64,000 nucleotides of DNA, from NCBI GenBank assembly GCA_046758005.1, contig JBHHZJ010000006.1, positions 634 through 64,633 of the forward strand, given 5' to 3'. This DNA comes from Kiloniellaceae bacterium. GTDB lineage: Bacteria > Pseudomonadota > Alphaproteobacteria > Kiloniellales > J153. This document shows, piece after piece, positions 38,742 to 48,655 of the stretch (position 1 is its first letter; every line of letters begins with the position of its first letter). The translations under genes were made by a program, and so were the position numbers. A model generated the notes under the pieces. That model did no database searches. It had not been told where the DNA came from and saw nothing but the letters and a program-made list of their open reading frames with translations.

Positions 38742-40457
38742 ATGGCTGAAGGCGAGGCCCGCGACGATCGTGCCTTGGGACGCAGGATCCACCCCGGCTC
38801 TGGCCGGCGCGAGGGGCCGATCTTCCCGAAGGGCCGCCGGCTCGATCCGGCCGCGCGCGAGGAAATCCGCACGCTGCTCGGCGGCCGGCCGCGCCGGCGC
38901 GACCTCCTGATCGAGCACCTGCACCTGATCCAGGACCGCACCGGCTGCCTTGGCGCGGCGCACCTCCACGCACTCGCCGAGGAAATGAAGCTGCCCATGG
39001 CCGAGGTTTTCGAGGTGGCCTCGTTCTACGCCCACTTCGACATCGTACTCGACGGCGAGGACCGGCCCCCGGAGATAACCATCCGGGTGTGCGACAGCCT
39101 GTCCTGCGAGATGATGGGCGCGCAGAAGCTGCTCGCCGAACTGCCCGCGCAGGTCGGCGCCAACGTGCGCGTTGTGCGCGCGCCATGCATGGGCCGATGC
39201 GACGCCGCGCCGGTGGCCGAGGTCGGGCACCGCCACGTCGATCACGCGAGCGTTCAGCTGCTCGCCGAGTCCGCCAGGAACGGGCGTCTCCATCCCGAGA
39301 TGCCCGACTACCGGAACCTTGCCGCCTACCGGGCCGACGGCGGCTATGCCAGGCTCAAGGACTGCCTCGAGGGCCGGCTCGGCGTCGAGCAGGTGATCGA
39401 CACGCTGGGCGAGTCGGGCCTGCGCGGGTTGGGCGGTGCCGGGTTCCCCACGGGGCGCAAGTGGACCTTCGTGCGCGCCGAACCCAAGCCCCGCTACGTC
39501 GCCGTCAACGCCGACGAGGGCGAGCCCGGCACCTTCAAGGACCGCTACTACCTCGAGCGCACGCCGCACCAGTTCCTGGAGGGCGCGCTGATCGCCGCCT
39601 GGGCCGTGGAGGCGGAGGCCGTCTATATCTATCTGCGCGACGAATACCCTGCGGCGCGCGCAATCCTGCTCGAGGAGATCGCGGCGATCGAGGCGGCCGG
39701 GCTTAGCCCCCACACCAAGCTGCACCTGCGCCGCGGCGCCGGCGCCTACATCTGCGGCGAGGAGTCGGCGATGATCGAGTCGATCGAGGGCAAGCGCGGC
39801 CTGCCCCGCCACCGCCCGCCCTACGTGGCCCAGGTCGGCCTCTTCGGCCGGCCCACCCTCGTGAACAACGTCGAGACGCTCTACTGGGTTCCGGAGATTC
39901 TGACCAAGGGTGCGGCGTGGTTCGCCGGCCAGGGCCGCCACGGCGGCAAGGGGCTGCGCAGCTATTCCGTCTCCGGGCGGGTGAGGGAACCGGGTGTGAA
40001 GCTCGCCCCGGCCGGCATCACGGCGCGCGAGCTCGTCGAGGAGTACTGCGGCGGGATGGCCGACGGCCATGAATTCAAGGCCTATCTCCCGGGCGGCGCC
40101 TCGGGCGGCATCCTGCCCGCGAGCCTGGCGGACATCCCGCTCGACTTCGGCACGCTCGAGAAACACGGCTGCTTCGTCGGCTCGCACGCGGTCGTGATCC
40201 TCTCCGACAAGGACGACGTGAAGGCCGCGGCGCGCAACCTCATGCGCTTCTTCGAGGACGAGAGCTGCGGTCAGTGCACGCCCTGCCGGAACGGCACCGA
40301 AAAGGCGGTCAAGCTGATGTCGGACGATAAGTGGGATGGGCCGCTGTTGGAAGAGCTCGCCGCGGCCATAGGAGACGCCTCGATCTGCGGCCTGGGCCAG
40401 GCGGCGCCCAACCCGCTGCTCAGCGTGCTCAAACACTTTCCGGAGGAGGCCCAATGA
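38742..40457 (+). CDS. NAD-dependent formate dehydrogenase beta subunit (NuoE+NuoF-like fusion; Fdh1B type)
   Basis: 2Fe-2S CDSLSC...CMGRC; GLRGLGGAGFPTG; ADEGEPGTFKDR; GAYICGEE; ESCGQCTPC. Confidence 0.92.
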   Translation: MAEGEARDDRALGRRIHPGSGRREGPIFPKGRRLDPAAREEIRTLLGGRPRRRDLLIEHLHLIQDRTGCLGAAHLHALAEEMKLPMAEVFEVASFYAHFDIVLDGEDRPPEITIRVCDSLSCEMMGAQKLLAELPAQVGANVRVVRAPCMGRCDAAPVAEVGHRHVDHASVQLLAESARNGRLHPEMPDYRNLAAYRADGGYARLKDCLEGRLGVEQVIDTLGESGLRGLGGAGFPTGRKWTFVRAEPKPRYVAVNADEGEPGTFKDRYYLERTPHQFLEGALIAAWAVEAEAVYIYLRDEYPAARAILLEEIAAIEAAGLSPHTKLHLRRGAGAYICGEESAMIESIEGKRGLPRHRPPYVAQVGLFGRPTLVNNVETLYWVPEILTKGAAWFAGQGRHGGKGLRSYSVSGRVREPGVKLAPAGITARELVEEYCGGMADGHEFKAYLPGGASGGILPASLADIPLDFGTLEKHGCFVGSHAVVILSDKDDVKAAARNLMRFFEDESCGQCTPCRNGTEKAVKLMSDDKWDGPLLEELAAAIGDASICGLGQAAPNPLLSVLKHFPEEAQ

Positions 40458-43216
40458 GCGGACCGGTCAAGTTCACGTTGAACGGCCAGGATGTCGAAGC
40501 CGCCCCCGGCGAAACCATCTGGCAGGTGGCCCACCGGCTCGGCATCGAGATCCCGCACCTGTGCTATTCGCCGGAGCCGGACTACCGCGCCGACGGCAAC
40601 TGCCGCGTGTGCATGGTCGAGATCGAGGGCGAGCGCGTGCTCGCCGCCTCCTGCATCCGTGCGCCGAGCCAGGGCATGAAGGTCTCGACCGCCTCCGAGC
40701 GCGCCCGCAAGTCGCGCGAGATGGTCTTCGAGCTGCTGGTCGCCGACCAGCCGCCGCGCGAGCGCGCGCACGACCCCGAGTCCAAGTTCTGGCGCTGGGC
40801 CGAGAAAGTCGGCGTGACCACGAGCCGCCTGCCCGCGCGCGAGCCGATCGCCGCCGACCCGAGCCATTTGGCCATGCGGGTCAACCTGGACGCGTGCATC
40901 AACTGCACCCTGTGCGTGCGGGCCTGCCGCGAGGTCCAGGTCAACGACGTGATCGGCATGGCCTACCGGGGCCACGGCGCCAAGGTCGTCTTCGACTTCG
41001 ACGTTCCCATGGGCGAGAGCACCTGCGTCGCCTGCGGCGAGTGCGTACAGGCCTGCCCGACCGGCGCGCTCATGGAAGCGAGCCTGCTCGACGAGCATGG
41101 CGTGCGCACGGGGTTCGAGGACCGCGACGTCGAGACGGTGTGCCCGTACTGCGGGGTGGGGTGCCAGACCACGCTGCACCTCAAGAACGACAAGGTGCTC
41201 TACGTCGACGGCCGCAACGGCCCGGCCAACCGGAACCGGCTGTGCGTGAAGGGCCGCTTCGGGTTCGACTACATCTCCCATCCGCATCGCCTGTCCAAGC
41301 CCATGATTCGGCGCGCGGACGCGGCCAAGTCGGCGGACATCCAGATCGACCCGGCCAATCCCTGGACGCACTTCCGCGAGGCGACCTGGGAGGAGGCGCT
41401 GGACGCGGCGGCGGCGGGCCTCAAGAGGATCCTGGAGCGCGACGGGAGTCCGGCGCTCGCCGGCTTTGGCTCGGCCAAGGGCACCAACGAGGAGGCCTAC
41501 CTGTTCCAGAAGCTGGTGCGCACCGGCTTCGGCACCAACAATGTCGATCACTGCACGCGCCTGTGCCACGCCTCCTCGGTGGCGGCGCTGATGGAGGGCA
41601 TCGGCTCCGGCGCGGTGACCGCGCCCTTCACCGCGGCCAAGGACGCCGAGTGCATCATCGTGATCGGCGCGCGGCCCGAGCAGAACCACCCGGTGGCCGC
41701 GACCTTCCTCAAGAACGCGGCCAGGCGCGGCGCCAAGCTGATCATCATGGATCCGCGCGACCACGCCATGGCGCGCTACGCCACCCATATGCTGCGCTTC
41801 AAGCCGGGCCAGGACGTGGCGCTGCTCAACGCCATGCTGCACACGATCATCGAGGAGGGCCTGACCGACCGGCAGTACGTCCAGGCCCACACCGAAGGCT
41901 TCGAGGAGCTCAAGCAGCGGGTCAAGGCCTTCGCGCCCGAGGAGATGGCGGAAGTCTGCGGCGTCGAAGCGGCGACGATCCGCGAGGTGGCGCGCACCTA
42001 CGCGACCTCGCGCGCCTCGATCATCTTCTGGGGCATGGGCATCTCGCAGTCGGTGCACGGCACCGACAACGCCCGCTGCCTCATCTCGCTGGCGCTCGTG
42101 ACCGGGCACGTCGGCCGGCCGGGCACGGGCCTGCACCCGCTGCGCGGCCAGAACAACGTGCAGGGCGCCTCGGACGCCGGCCTCATCCCCATGGTCTATC
42201 CCGACTACCGCTCGGTCGCATCGGAGGACATCCGCAGCCAGTTCGAGGACTTCTGGGGCACGCGGCTCGACCCCAAGCCCGGCCTGACCGTGGTCGAGAT
42301 CGTGAACGCCATCCTCGAGGGCCGGATCAAGGGCATGTACATCATGGGCGAGAACCCGGCCATGTCCGACCCGGACCAGAACCATGCCCGCGCGGCGCTG
42401 GCCAAGCTGGAGCATCTCGTCGTCCAGGACATCTTCCTGACCGAGACCGCCTGGCACGCCAACGTGATCCTGCCCGCCTCGGCCGCGGCCGAGAAGACCG
42501 GCACCTTCACCAACACGAACCGCGAGGTGCAGCTCGCGCGTCAAGCCTTCGACCCGCCCGGCGAGGCGCGCCAGGACTGGGCGCTGATCCAGGAGATCGC
42601 CCGGCGCATCGGGCTCGACTGGGCCTACACGCACCCCAGCGACGTCTTCGCCGAGATGGCCCGGGTCATGCCCTCGCTCGACAACATCACGTGGGCGCGC
42701 CTGGAGCGAGAGGACTCCGTCACCTATCCGTGCGACGCGCCGGACAAGCCGGGCAACGAGATCATCTTCGCCGAGGGCTTCCCGACCGAGAGCCGGCGCG
42801 GGCGTATCGTGCCGACCGACCTGACCCCGCCGGCCGAGCTGCCCGACGAGGACTATCCCATGGTGCTGTCCACGGGGCGGATGCTCGAGCACTGGCACAC
42901 CGGCGCGATCACCCGGCGGGCGAGCACGTTGGACGCCCTCGAGCCGGAGGCGGTCGCCCTGCTCAACCGCCGGGACGTCGAGCGCCTGGGCGTCGCGCCC
43001 GGCGACATGATCAGGGTGGAGACCCGGCGCGGCCGGATCGTGATCAAGGTGCGCCAGGACGGCGACGTGCCGCAAGGGATGGTCTACATCCCGTTCTGCT
43101 TCGCCGAGGCGGCGGCCAACGTGCTGACCAACCCGCAACTCGACCCCTATGGCAAGATCCCCGAGTTCAAGTTCTGCGCCGCGCGCGTGGAGCCGGTGCG
43201 CGCGGCCGCCGAGTAG
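40454..43216 (+). CDS. NAD-dependent formate dehydrogenase alpha subunit (Mo/W-bisPGD; Fdh1A type)
   Basis: N-terminal Fe-S clusters, CPYCGVGC, catalytic CTRLCH, PLRGQNNVQG; no signal peptide. Confidence 0.95.
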   Translation: MSGPVKFTLNGQDVEAAPGETIWQVAHRLGIEIPHLCYSPEPDYRADGNCRVCMVEIEGERVLAASCIRAPSQGMKVSTASERARKSREMVFELLVADQPPRERAHDPESKFWRWAEKVGVTTSRLPAREPIAADPSHLAMRVNLDACINCTLCVRACREVQVNDVIGMAYRGHGAKVVFDFDVPMGESTCVACGECVQACPTGALMEASLLDEHGVRTGFEDRDVETVCPYCGVGCQTTLHLKNDKVLYVDGRNGPANRNRLCVKGRFGFDYISHPHRLSKPMIRRADAAKSADIQIDPANPWTHFREATWEEALDAAAAGLKRILERDGSPALAGFGSAKGTNEEAYLFQKLVRTGFGTNNVDHCTRLCHASSVAALMEGIGSGAVTAPFTAAKDAECIIVIGARPEQNHPVAATFLKNAARRGAKLIIMDPRDHAMARYATHMLRFKPGQDVALLNAMLHTIIEEGLTDRQYVQAHTEGFEELKQRVKAFAPEEMAEVCGVEAATIREVARTYATSRASIIFWGMGISQSVHGTDNARCLISLALVTGHVGRPGTGLHPLRGQNNVQGASDAGLIPMVYPDYRSVASEDIRSQFEDFWGTRLDPKPGLTVVEIVNAILEGRIKGMYIMGENPAMSDPDQNHARAALAKLEHLVVQDIFLTETAWHANVILPASAAAEKTGTFTNTNREVQLARQAFDPPGEARQDWALIQEIARRIGLDWAYTHPSDVFAEMARVMPSLDNITWARLEREDSVTYPCDAPDKPGNEIIFAEGFPTESRRGRIVPTDLTPPAELPDEDYPMVLSTGRMLEHWHTGAITRRASTLDALEPEAVALLNRRDVERLGVAPGDMIRVETRRGRIVIKVRQDGDVPQGMVYIPFCFAEAAANVLTNPQLDPYGKIPEFKFCAARVEPVRAAAE

Positions 43217-43265
43217 CGCGGCGCTCACCCCGCGAGCGCCGGTCGGAAGGGACGTGGGCCGTCGG

Positions 43266-44441
43266 ATGCGGGACATTATGGCGGCCCTTTTCTTCGGATT
43301 GACCTGTGCGGCCGTCCTGAGCCCCGCGCCGGTCCTCGCGCAGGAGCGCGTCGCCGACCGGGCCCTGCTCCAGGCCGCGCAAAACGACGACGCCGAGCTG
43401 GCCGAGTTCGCCCTGTCCAAGGGCGCGGACCCCGAGGCCCGGGACGGCCGCGGCTTCACCCCGCTCCAGGTCGCGGCCCTGTTCGACAACCGCAACGTGC
43501 TCGAGGTTCTGCTCGGGCGCGGCGCCGACCCGGCCGCGGCGCACCCCGACACCGGCTCCACGGCGCTGCATCTGGCCGCCGGGGAAGGTCACGATGCGAT
43601 CGCGCGCCGCCTGATCGCGGCCGGCGCGCCGCTCGACGCCCGGCGCAAGGCCGACGGCAAGACGCCGCTGCATCTGGCCGCCCGGCGGACGCACCGGCGG
43701 GTCGTCGCCGCCTTGATCGAGGCCGGCGCGCCGCTGGATGCCCGCGACCACGTGCGCGGCAATACGCCGCTCATCGACGCCGCCTTCGGCCCGGCGAACG
43801 TCGGCGTGATCGCCGAGCTGCTCGCCGCCGGCGCGGACGTCGACGCGGCGGCCGAGGACGGCGCGACCGCGCTGCTCGCCGCGGCCCGGCAGGGCAACCG
43901 GGCGATCGTGCAGTTGCTGCTCGCCGAGGGCCCGGCCATCGCGCACGCCGACGGCAAGGGGCGCAGCGCGCTGTTCCTCGCCGCGGCGGCGGGCCATGGG
44001 GCGGTCGTGCGCGACCTGATCCGCGCCGGCGCGGCGCCCGAGGCGGTCAGCGGCGAAGGCCGCACGGCCCTGGGGCGCGCCGCGATCGGCGGCCACCGGG
44101 ACGTGGTCGCCGCCCTGCTCGATGCCGGAGCGGAGATCGAACGGCGCGAGCGCAACGGCCGCGCGCCCCTGCTCCTGGCCGCCCTCGGTGGGCACGAGGA
44201 GGTCGTACGCCTTCTGCTCGCCCGCGGCGCGGACGTCAACGCGCGCGAGACCGGCACCGGCAACACCGCGCTAATGCTGGCCGCCAACCGCGGGCGACTG
44301 GGCGTCGTGCGGCTCCTGCTCGCGGCCGGCGCCGATGTCGCGGCCCAAGCGGCCGACGGCTGGACCGCCCTCGAGGCGGCCGAGATGATCGGGGACGAGG
44401 AAACCGCGACCGCCTTGCGCGCGGCGGGCGCGCGACACTGA
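43266..44441 (+). CDS. Ankyrin-repeat protein with a predicted signal peptide
   Basis: About 11 T[PA]LxxAA...G..VV..LL..GA repeats after a hydrophobic leader ending VLA-Q. Confidence 0.9.
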   Translation: MRDIMAALFFGLTCAAVLSPAPVLAQERVADRALLQAAQNDDAELAEFALSKGADPEARDGRGFTPLQVAALFDNRNVLEVLLGRGADPAAAHPDTGSTALHLAAGEGHDAIARRLIAAGAPLDARRKADGKTPLHLAARRTHRRVVAALIEAGAPLDARDHVRGNTPLIDAAFGPANVGVIAELLAAGADVDAAAEDGATALLAAARQGNRAIVQLLLAEGPAIAHADGKGRSALFLAAAAGHGAVVRDLIRAGAAPEAVSGEGRTALGRAAIGGHRDVVAALLDAGAEIERRERNGRAPLLLAALGGHEEVVRLLLARGADVNARETGTGNTALMLAANRGRLGVVRLLLAAGADVAAQAADGWTALEAAEMIGDEETATALRAAGARH

Positions 44442-44493
44442 GGCCGGAAATCCCGGCGCGCGCCCGAACCGCGCGGCGCCGCCGGTGGCGGAA

Positions 44494-44616
44494 TCAGAGC
44501 CGGACGTTCGCGGTGGAATACGTTTCCGCCGTTGTGAGCCCGAGTGAATTCAGGGCCACGGCGGCGGCGATGGCGATGACGATGGCCGCCGCCGTACCGG
44601 CGATGAAGGCCTTCAT
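44494..44616 (-). CDS. 40-aa single-TM small protein (not in the ORF track)
   Basis: MKAFIAGTAAAIVIAIAAAVALNSLGLTTAETYSTANVRL; GGGAGG RBS; GC-rich third codon positions; co-oriented with the upstream operon. Confidence 0.75.
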   Translation of the reverse strand: MKAFIAGTAAAIVIAIAAAVALNSLGLTTAETYSTANVRL

Positions 44617-44658
44617 GTCGTCCCTCCCACGTTGTCGTGATGCGCCCGGACTCGGCCC

Positions 44659-46005
44659 TCAGTCCGCGGGCGCCGTCACGCGCTTCAGATAGGCGATCAG
44701 GTCCTCCCGGTCCTCCGCCTTGGGCATGCGTTGCAACGGCATCTTGCTCCCCGGCGTGTATTCATGCGGCCCTTGGGAGAAGAGCGCATCGATCGTCTCC
44801 TCCGTCCACACCAGGGTGCTGTTGCGCAGTGCCTCGGAGTAGTTGTACCCCCGGACCGATCCGGCGCGGCGGCCGAATACGCCGTAGAGCGTGGGCCCCG
44901 CGCGGTTGCCTCCGTCGGCCGTGACCGTATGGCAGACGGCGCACTTGCGGAACAGTTCGGCGCCGCGCTCCTGGCCGTCGGCGTACGGAACGGACGGCCC
45001 GGTGGCCAGCCGGCGCGCGCCTCCGGCGTCGACCTCCTCCCCCGTCGCCAGGTCCCAGACGCGCACGACCTCGTCCGAGCCGGCGGACAGCAGGCGCCGC
45101 CCGTCGGGCGTGAAGGCGAGCGACCAGATCGGCTGCGTGTGCCCGTAGAAGGCCCGCAGGAAGGTCCGCGTTTCCAGATCCCACACGATGACCGTGCGGT
45201 CCGCGCCGCCGGATGCGGCCAGCCGCCCGTCGCGCGACACGGCCACGCCGAAGACCGGCTCCTCGTGGCCGACGAGCGCGGCGACCTCCCGCCCCGTGGC
45301 CAGATCCCAGATGCGGACGGTCTTGTCCACCGAGGCCGAGACCGCCCGCGCGCCGTCCGGCGTGAAGGCGACCGAAGTGACGCTGAAGTCGTGGCCGTTC
45401 AAAGTGTCGATCAGCGTGCCGTCGGCGACGCGCCAGAGCTTGAGCGTCGAATCGTAGCTGCCGGTCAACAGGCGCTGTCCATCCGGCGAGAAGGCCACCG
45501 CGTTGACGTTGTCCCGATGCCCTTTCAGAACCCGCCCCGGCGCGAGCGCCGCCAAGTCCCAGAGGCGGGCCGTGCGGTCCCAGCCGGCCGAAGCGGCGAG
45601 CCGGCCGTCGGGGGAGACCGCGACCGCGGCCACCTTCCCACGGTGGCCCTGAAAGGTATGAAGCAGCGCCCCGGTTGCAGAGTCCCAGAGGCGCACGGTG
45701 CCGTCGTCGGAGCCGGATACCAGGCGCGCGCCGCCGGCAAACAACGCGACGCCGTTGACCCCCGCCTCGTGTCCCTCGAAGGCGCGAATCTCCCTCTGCG
45801 CCTCGATGTTCCAGAGGATGAGGCGGTAGTCGAAGCTGGCGCTCGCGGCCAGGCGCCCGTCGCCCGATACGGCCAGCCCCTTCACGAAGCCGCCGTGGCC
45901 CACGAACTGGGCGACCGCCGGGGCCGCGATGACGATCGCCACCGCCGCAATCGCGGCCACTCGCGCCCGGCGGCGCGCCGGCCATGCGTCTCGTTGCACT
46001 GCCAT
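44659..46005 (-). CDS. Secreted WD40 beta-propeller fused to a class I cytochrome c
   Basis: Signal peptide, seven GH...W[DNR] repeats, then CAVCH...GPTLYGVFGR...PGSKMP. Confidence 0.92.
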   Translation of the reverse strand: MAVQRDAWPARRRARVAAIAAVAIVIAAPAVAQFVGHGGFVKGLAVSGDGRLAASASFDYRLILWNIEAQREIRAFEGHEAGVNGVALFAGGARLVSGSDDGTVRLWDSATGALLHTFQGHRGKVAAVAVSPDGRLAASAGWDRTARLWDLAALAPGRVLKGHRDNVNAVAFSPDGQRLLTGSYDSTLKLWRVADGTLIDTLNGHDFSVTSVAFTPDGARAVSASVDKTVRIWDLATGREVAALVGHEEPVFGVAVSRDGRLAASGGADRTVIVWDLETRTFLRAFYGHTQPIWSLAFTPDGRRLLSAGSDEVVRVWDLATGEEVDAGGARRLATGPSVPYADGQERGAELFRKCAVCHTVTADGGNRAGPTLYGVFGRRAGSVRGYNYSEALRNSTLVWTEETIDALFSQGPHEYTPGSKMPLQRMPKAEDREDLIAYLKRVTAPAD

Positions 46006-46093
46006 CGATTCGCTCGATTCCGTTGGTGCAAAAAAACGGCGACGACCCGACCTTGTCAAGCCGGGCTCCGCATCCCCCGCCGATGCGCCCGGT

Positions 46094-46720
46094 TCACTCA
46101 ATGTCGAACGGCTCTCCCTTGACCGTGCGGCCCAGGCCGGCGACCAGCGGCCGGATCATGGAGCGGGCGATGCGCAGGGTGTCGGGCGTCAGCATCTCGC
46201 AGAAGGCGTCCCCCTGCCAAAGCGTCTTGCCCGAGCGTCCGTCGCGCAGAATCGCGTTGATGTGGAACACGTTGGCCCGGCGGGGCTCGCCCTTCCGGCG
46301 GCCGCCGAGGATGCTGTCCCTGCTCGAGGACCAGATGTTGAGTTCGAAGCGAACGCCCGAGGAGCCGCCCTCGAATCGGCCGAGGTCCCCGGCCGCGCCG
46401 GGGAACCGGCCCTGGATAACCTCGGTCTCGAACCACAGGCCGAGCACGGCGTCGTCCGAAATCGGCCGGCTGACGCCCCGCAGCTCGTCCTCGAGGCGCT
46501 GCTGGATCGCCAGGTTGAGCTCGTTGTCGTCGAACGGCTTGACCGCGATCGCAAGACCCGGCGCCACCGGGGCGAACGCCACGGCATTGACGATCCCGGG
46601 CGCGCCGCCCGGCCCGAGCTGGGCGAGCCGCATCTCCGGCGGATACTCGGCAAGCGCGCGGCCCGCGATGGCGCCGGCCAGGACGCACGCCCACGGCGCT
46701 AGGGTCGCGAGCAGCCGCAC
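46094..46720 (-). CDS. Exported hypothetical protein
   Basis: Signal-like N-terminus ending ALA; C-terminal ILRDGRSGKTLWQG beta motif; in operon context. Confidence 0.7.
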   Translation of the reverse strand: MRLLATLAPWACVLAGAIAGRALAEYPPEMRLAQLGPGGAPGIVNAVAFAPVAPGLAIAVKPFDDNELNLAIQQRLEDELRGVSRPISDDAVLGLWFETEVIQGRFPGAAGDLGRFEGGSSGVRFELNIWSSSRDSILGGRRKGEPRRANVFHINAILRDGRSGKTLWQGDAFCEMLTPDTLRIARSMIRPLVAGLGRTVKGEPFDIE

Positions 46721-46823
46721 CGCCGCCTCGACCGGGCCGCCGGCGCGGCCGGCCCGGGCTTCGCACGGGATCGAGGGTCGTTTCGTTCGGTCACCCGACC
46801 CACGACCGACCGCGATATGCAGG

Positions 46824-47225
46824 CTAGCGCCATGCCCCGGAGCGCATCACACTCGGCCGCTTGTCCACCTGGGTCCGGACCGACTCCGCTGTCCCGACCG
46901 GGCCCTGCGGCCCGTGGCGAAAGGCCGGGACAAGCTTGCCGGTCGCCTGGTCCACGGCGAGTGTGGTGACCTGGAAGGCATCGTTGGAATCGCCGCCCGG
47001 CTTCATCACCGTCACCAGCCAGACCGGCGCGCCCGCGACCTCGCCCGGGCGCACGCGCAGGACCTTCACGTTGTAGTCCGCCCTGATCCTCGCCGCGGCT
47101 GCGTCGCTTGTCACCTGGGCCGCCACCGGGCGCGGCGCGACGAGCCCGGCACCCACAAGCAGCATGCCGCCCAGGGCGCCGACGGCGACGCAGATCCGCC
47201 GGACCGTGGAGCCTCTGCGCGACAC
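46824..47225 (-). CDS. Exported hypothetical protein with a PepSY-like fold
   Basis: GGGGAGG RBS and GTG at 47225; signal peptide; VWLVTV...LAVDQATGKLV. Confidence 0.7.
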   Translation of the reverse strand: MSRRGSTVRRICVAVGALGGMLLVGAGLVAPRPVAAQVTSDAAAARIRADYNVKVLRVRPGEVAGAPVWLVTVMKPGGDSNDAFQVTTLAVDQATGKLVPAFRHGPQGPVGTAESVRTQVDKRPSVMRSGAWR

Positions 47226-47236
47226 GGCCGCCTCCC

Positions 47237-48358
47237 CTACTCCGCCGGCTGGGTTTCGCCGCCGGGGCCGGCCGCCGGCGCGCCCTTGAGCTCCGCGTAC
47301 CAGAGGTTGTGGTGCTCGCGCGCCCAGTTCTCGTCGACCCGGCCCGTGCCCATGGCGTCGAAGGCTCCCTCCATGCCCAGCGAGCCGATGTAGATGTGGG
47401 CGATGATGATCACGATCATGACCAGCCCGACCAGAACGTGCCACAACTGCGAAAGCTGCATCTCCTGCACCGGACCCAAGTTCGTGGGCAGATCGAAGCC
47501 GAACACATTGAGCACCTCGAAGGTCACCGAGAACATGGCGAACCGGAACGGAAATAGCAGCGAAATCCCCGAAAGCGCCAGGGACAGGCCGCCCAGGATC
47601 ACGACCCAGAAGACGAGCTTTTGCCCGGCGTTGAACTTCTTCGACGGCGGATGCACGCCTTTCACGAACAGGCCGCCGCCCTTGGCGAGCCAGACGAGGT
47701 CGGCCTTGTTCGCGATGTTGTGGCGCACCCAGAGCACGAACATCAACACAACGCCCAGCATGAACGGAAAGGCGACGAAATTGTGGACGTACTTCCCGCC
47801 CAGCGCGATGGCGGCGAAGGCCTCGGGACCAAGGACCGGCAAGAGGACATGCTTGCCGTACAACAGATTGAGCCCCGTCAGGGCGAGGACGATGAAGGAC
47901 ACCGCCGTCAGCCAATGGACGAAGCGCTCGACGCCGTTGAACCGCTCGATCGTCCGGCCGCTCGGCCCCGCGTCGATCCTGATGCGCCCGCGCGCGACAA
48001 AGAACAGGGCGAGGGCTCCGAGCATGCCGAACAGGCCCCAGATCCCGTAAACCGTCATCGGGCCGTTGCGCCAGGCGCGCCAGTTATCGCCCTCCGACTG
48101 GATCATGACGCCGGCCTGCTTGTCCGGAATCGAGACGCTCCCTTGCAGGCCGCCGCGCACGGCGCGCCAGATCTCGGCGTCGCTGTAGGTGCCGAGATGG
48201 CCGCCCGGAACGTTGCCGCCGAGCGGGCTCGGCTGCTCGACAGTGCGCCCCCCGGTTTGCGCGAGCGCGTGCTCGACCCCGAGCGGCGCGACAACGACGG
48301 CGCACAAGAGAACGAGGACGCCGAACCAGCCGGCGAACCGCTTGCTTCCGATGCTCAT
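47237..48358 (-). CDS. Formate dehydrogenase gamma subunit (cytochrome b)
   Basis: ERFVHWLTA, KYVHNF, KKFNAGQK, QLWH, IAHIYIG, AREHH. Confidence 0.93.
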   Translation of the reverse strand: MSIGSKRFAGWFGVLVLLCAVVVAPLGVEHALAQTGGRTVEQPSPLGGNVPGGHLGTYSDAEIWRAVRGGLQGSVSIPDKQAGVMIQSEGDNWRAWRNGPMTVYGIWGLFGMLGALALFFVARGRIRIDAGPSGRTIERFNGVERFVHWLTAVSFIVLALTGLNLLYGKHVLLPVLGPEAFAAIALGGKYVHNFVAFPFMLGVVLMFVLWVRHNIANKADLVWLAKGGGLFVKGVHPPSKKFNAGQKLVFWVVILGGLSLALSGISLLFPFRFAMFSVTFEVLNVFGFDLPTNLGPVQEMQLSQLWHVLVGLVMIVIIIAHIYIGSLGMEGAFDAMGTGRVDENWAREHHNLWYAELKGAPAAGPGGETQPAE

Positions 48359-48457
48359 GGGACTAATAACCCCACCCTTTCGATCCGAGTGTTCGGTGAT
48401 CCCAGGACGGCCCGAGTACCCATCATAATAAAAGGATGACGCCCATGATGGTGGGTA

Positions 48458-48655
48458 CTAACCGCCTCGTTGGAGGCGCGTGCGCTGGCGCAGGTCCTCC
48501 CGCACGTCCTCGGTAAGCGGCTGGTCCTTCGGACCCAGGTACGTGCCCTTTTCGTAGCGCAGGACCCGCCCCTGTTCGGATTCGTCGCAGGCGGTCATCA
48601 TGAGACCCGTCAACAAGGCGAACGCCGGTACGAACAAGATTGGTCTGACGCGCAT
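48458..48655 (-). CDS. Small lipoprotein between the FDH beta and gamma genes
   Basis: GGAGG RBS; lipobox MTA-C; mature CDESEQGRVLRYEKGTYLG. Confidence 0.75.
   Translation of the reverse strand: MRVRPILFVPAFALLTGLMMTACDESEQGRVLRYEKGTYLGPKDQPLTEDVREDLRQRTRLQRGG

Noticed and set aside
41550-41580. Selenocysteine in the NAD-linked FDH alpha subunit
   Set aside because: The catalytic codon is an ordinary TGC and the frame is uninterrupted.
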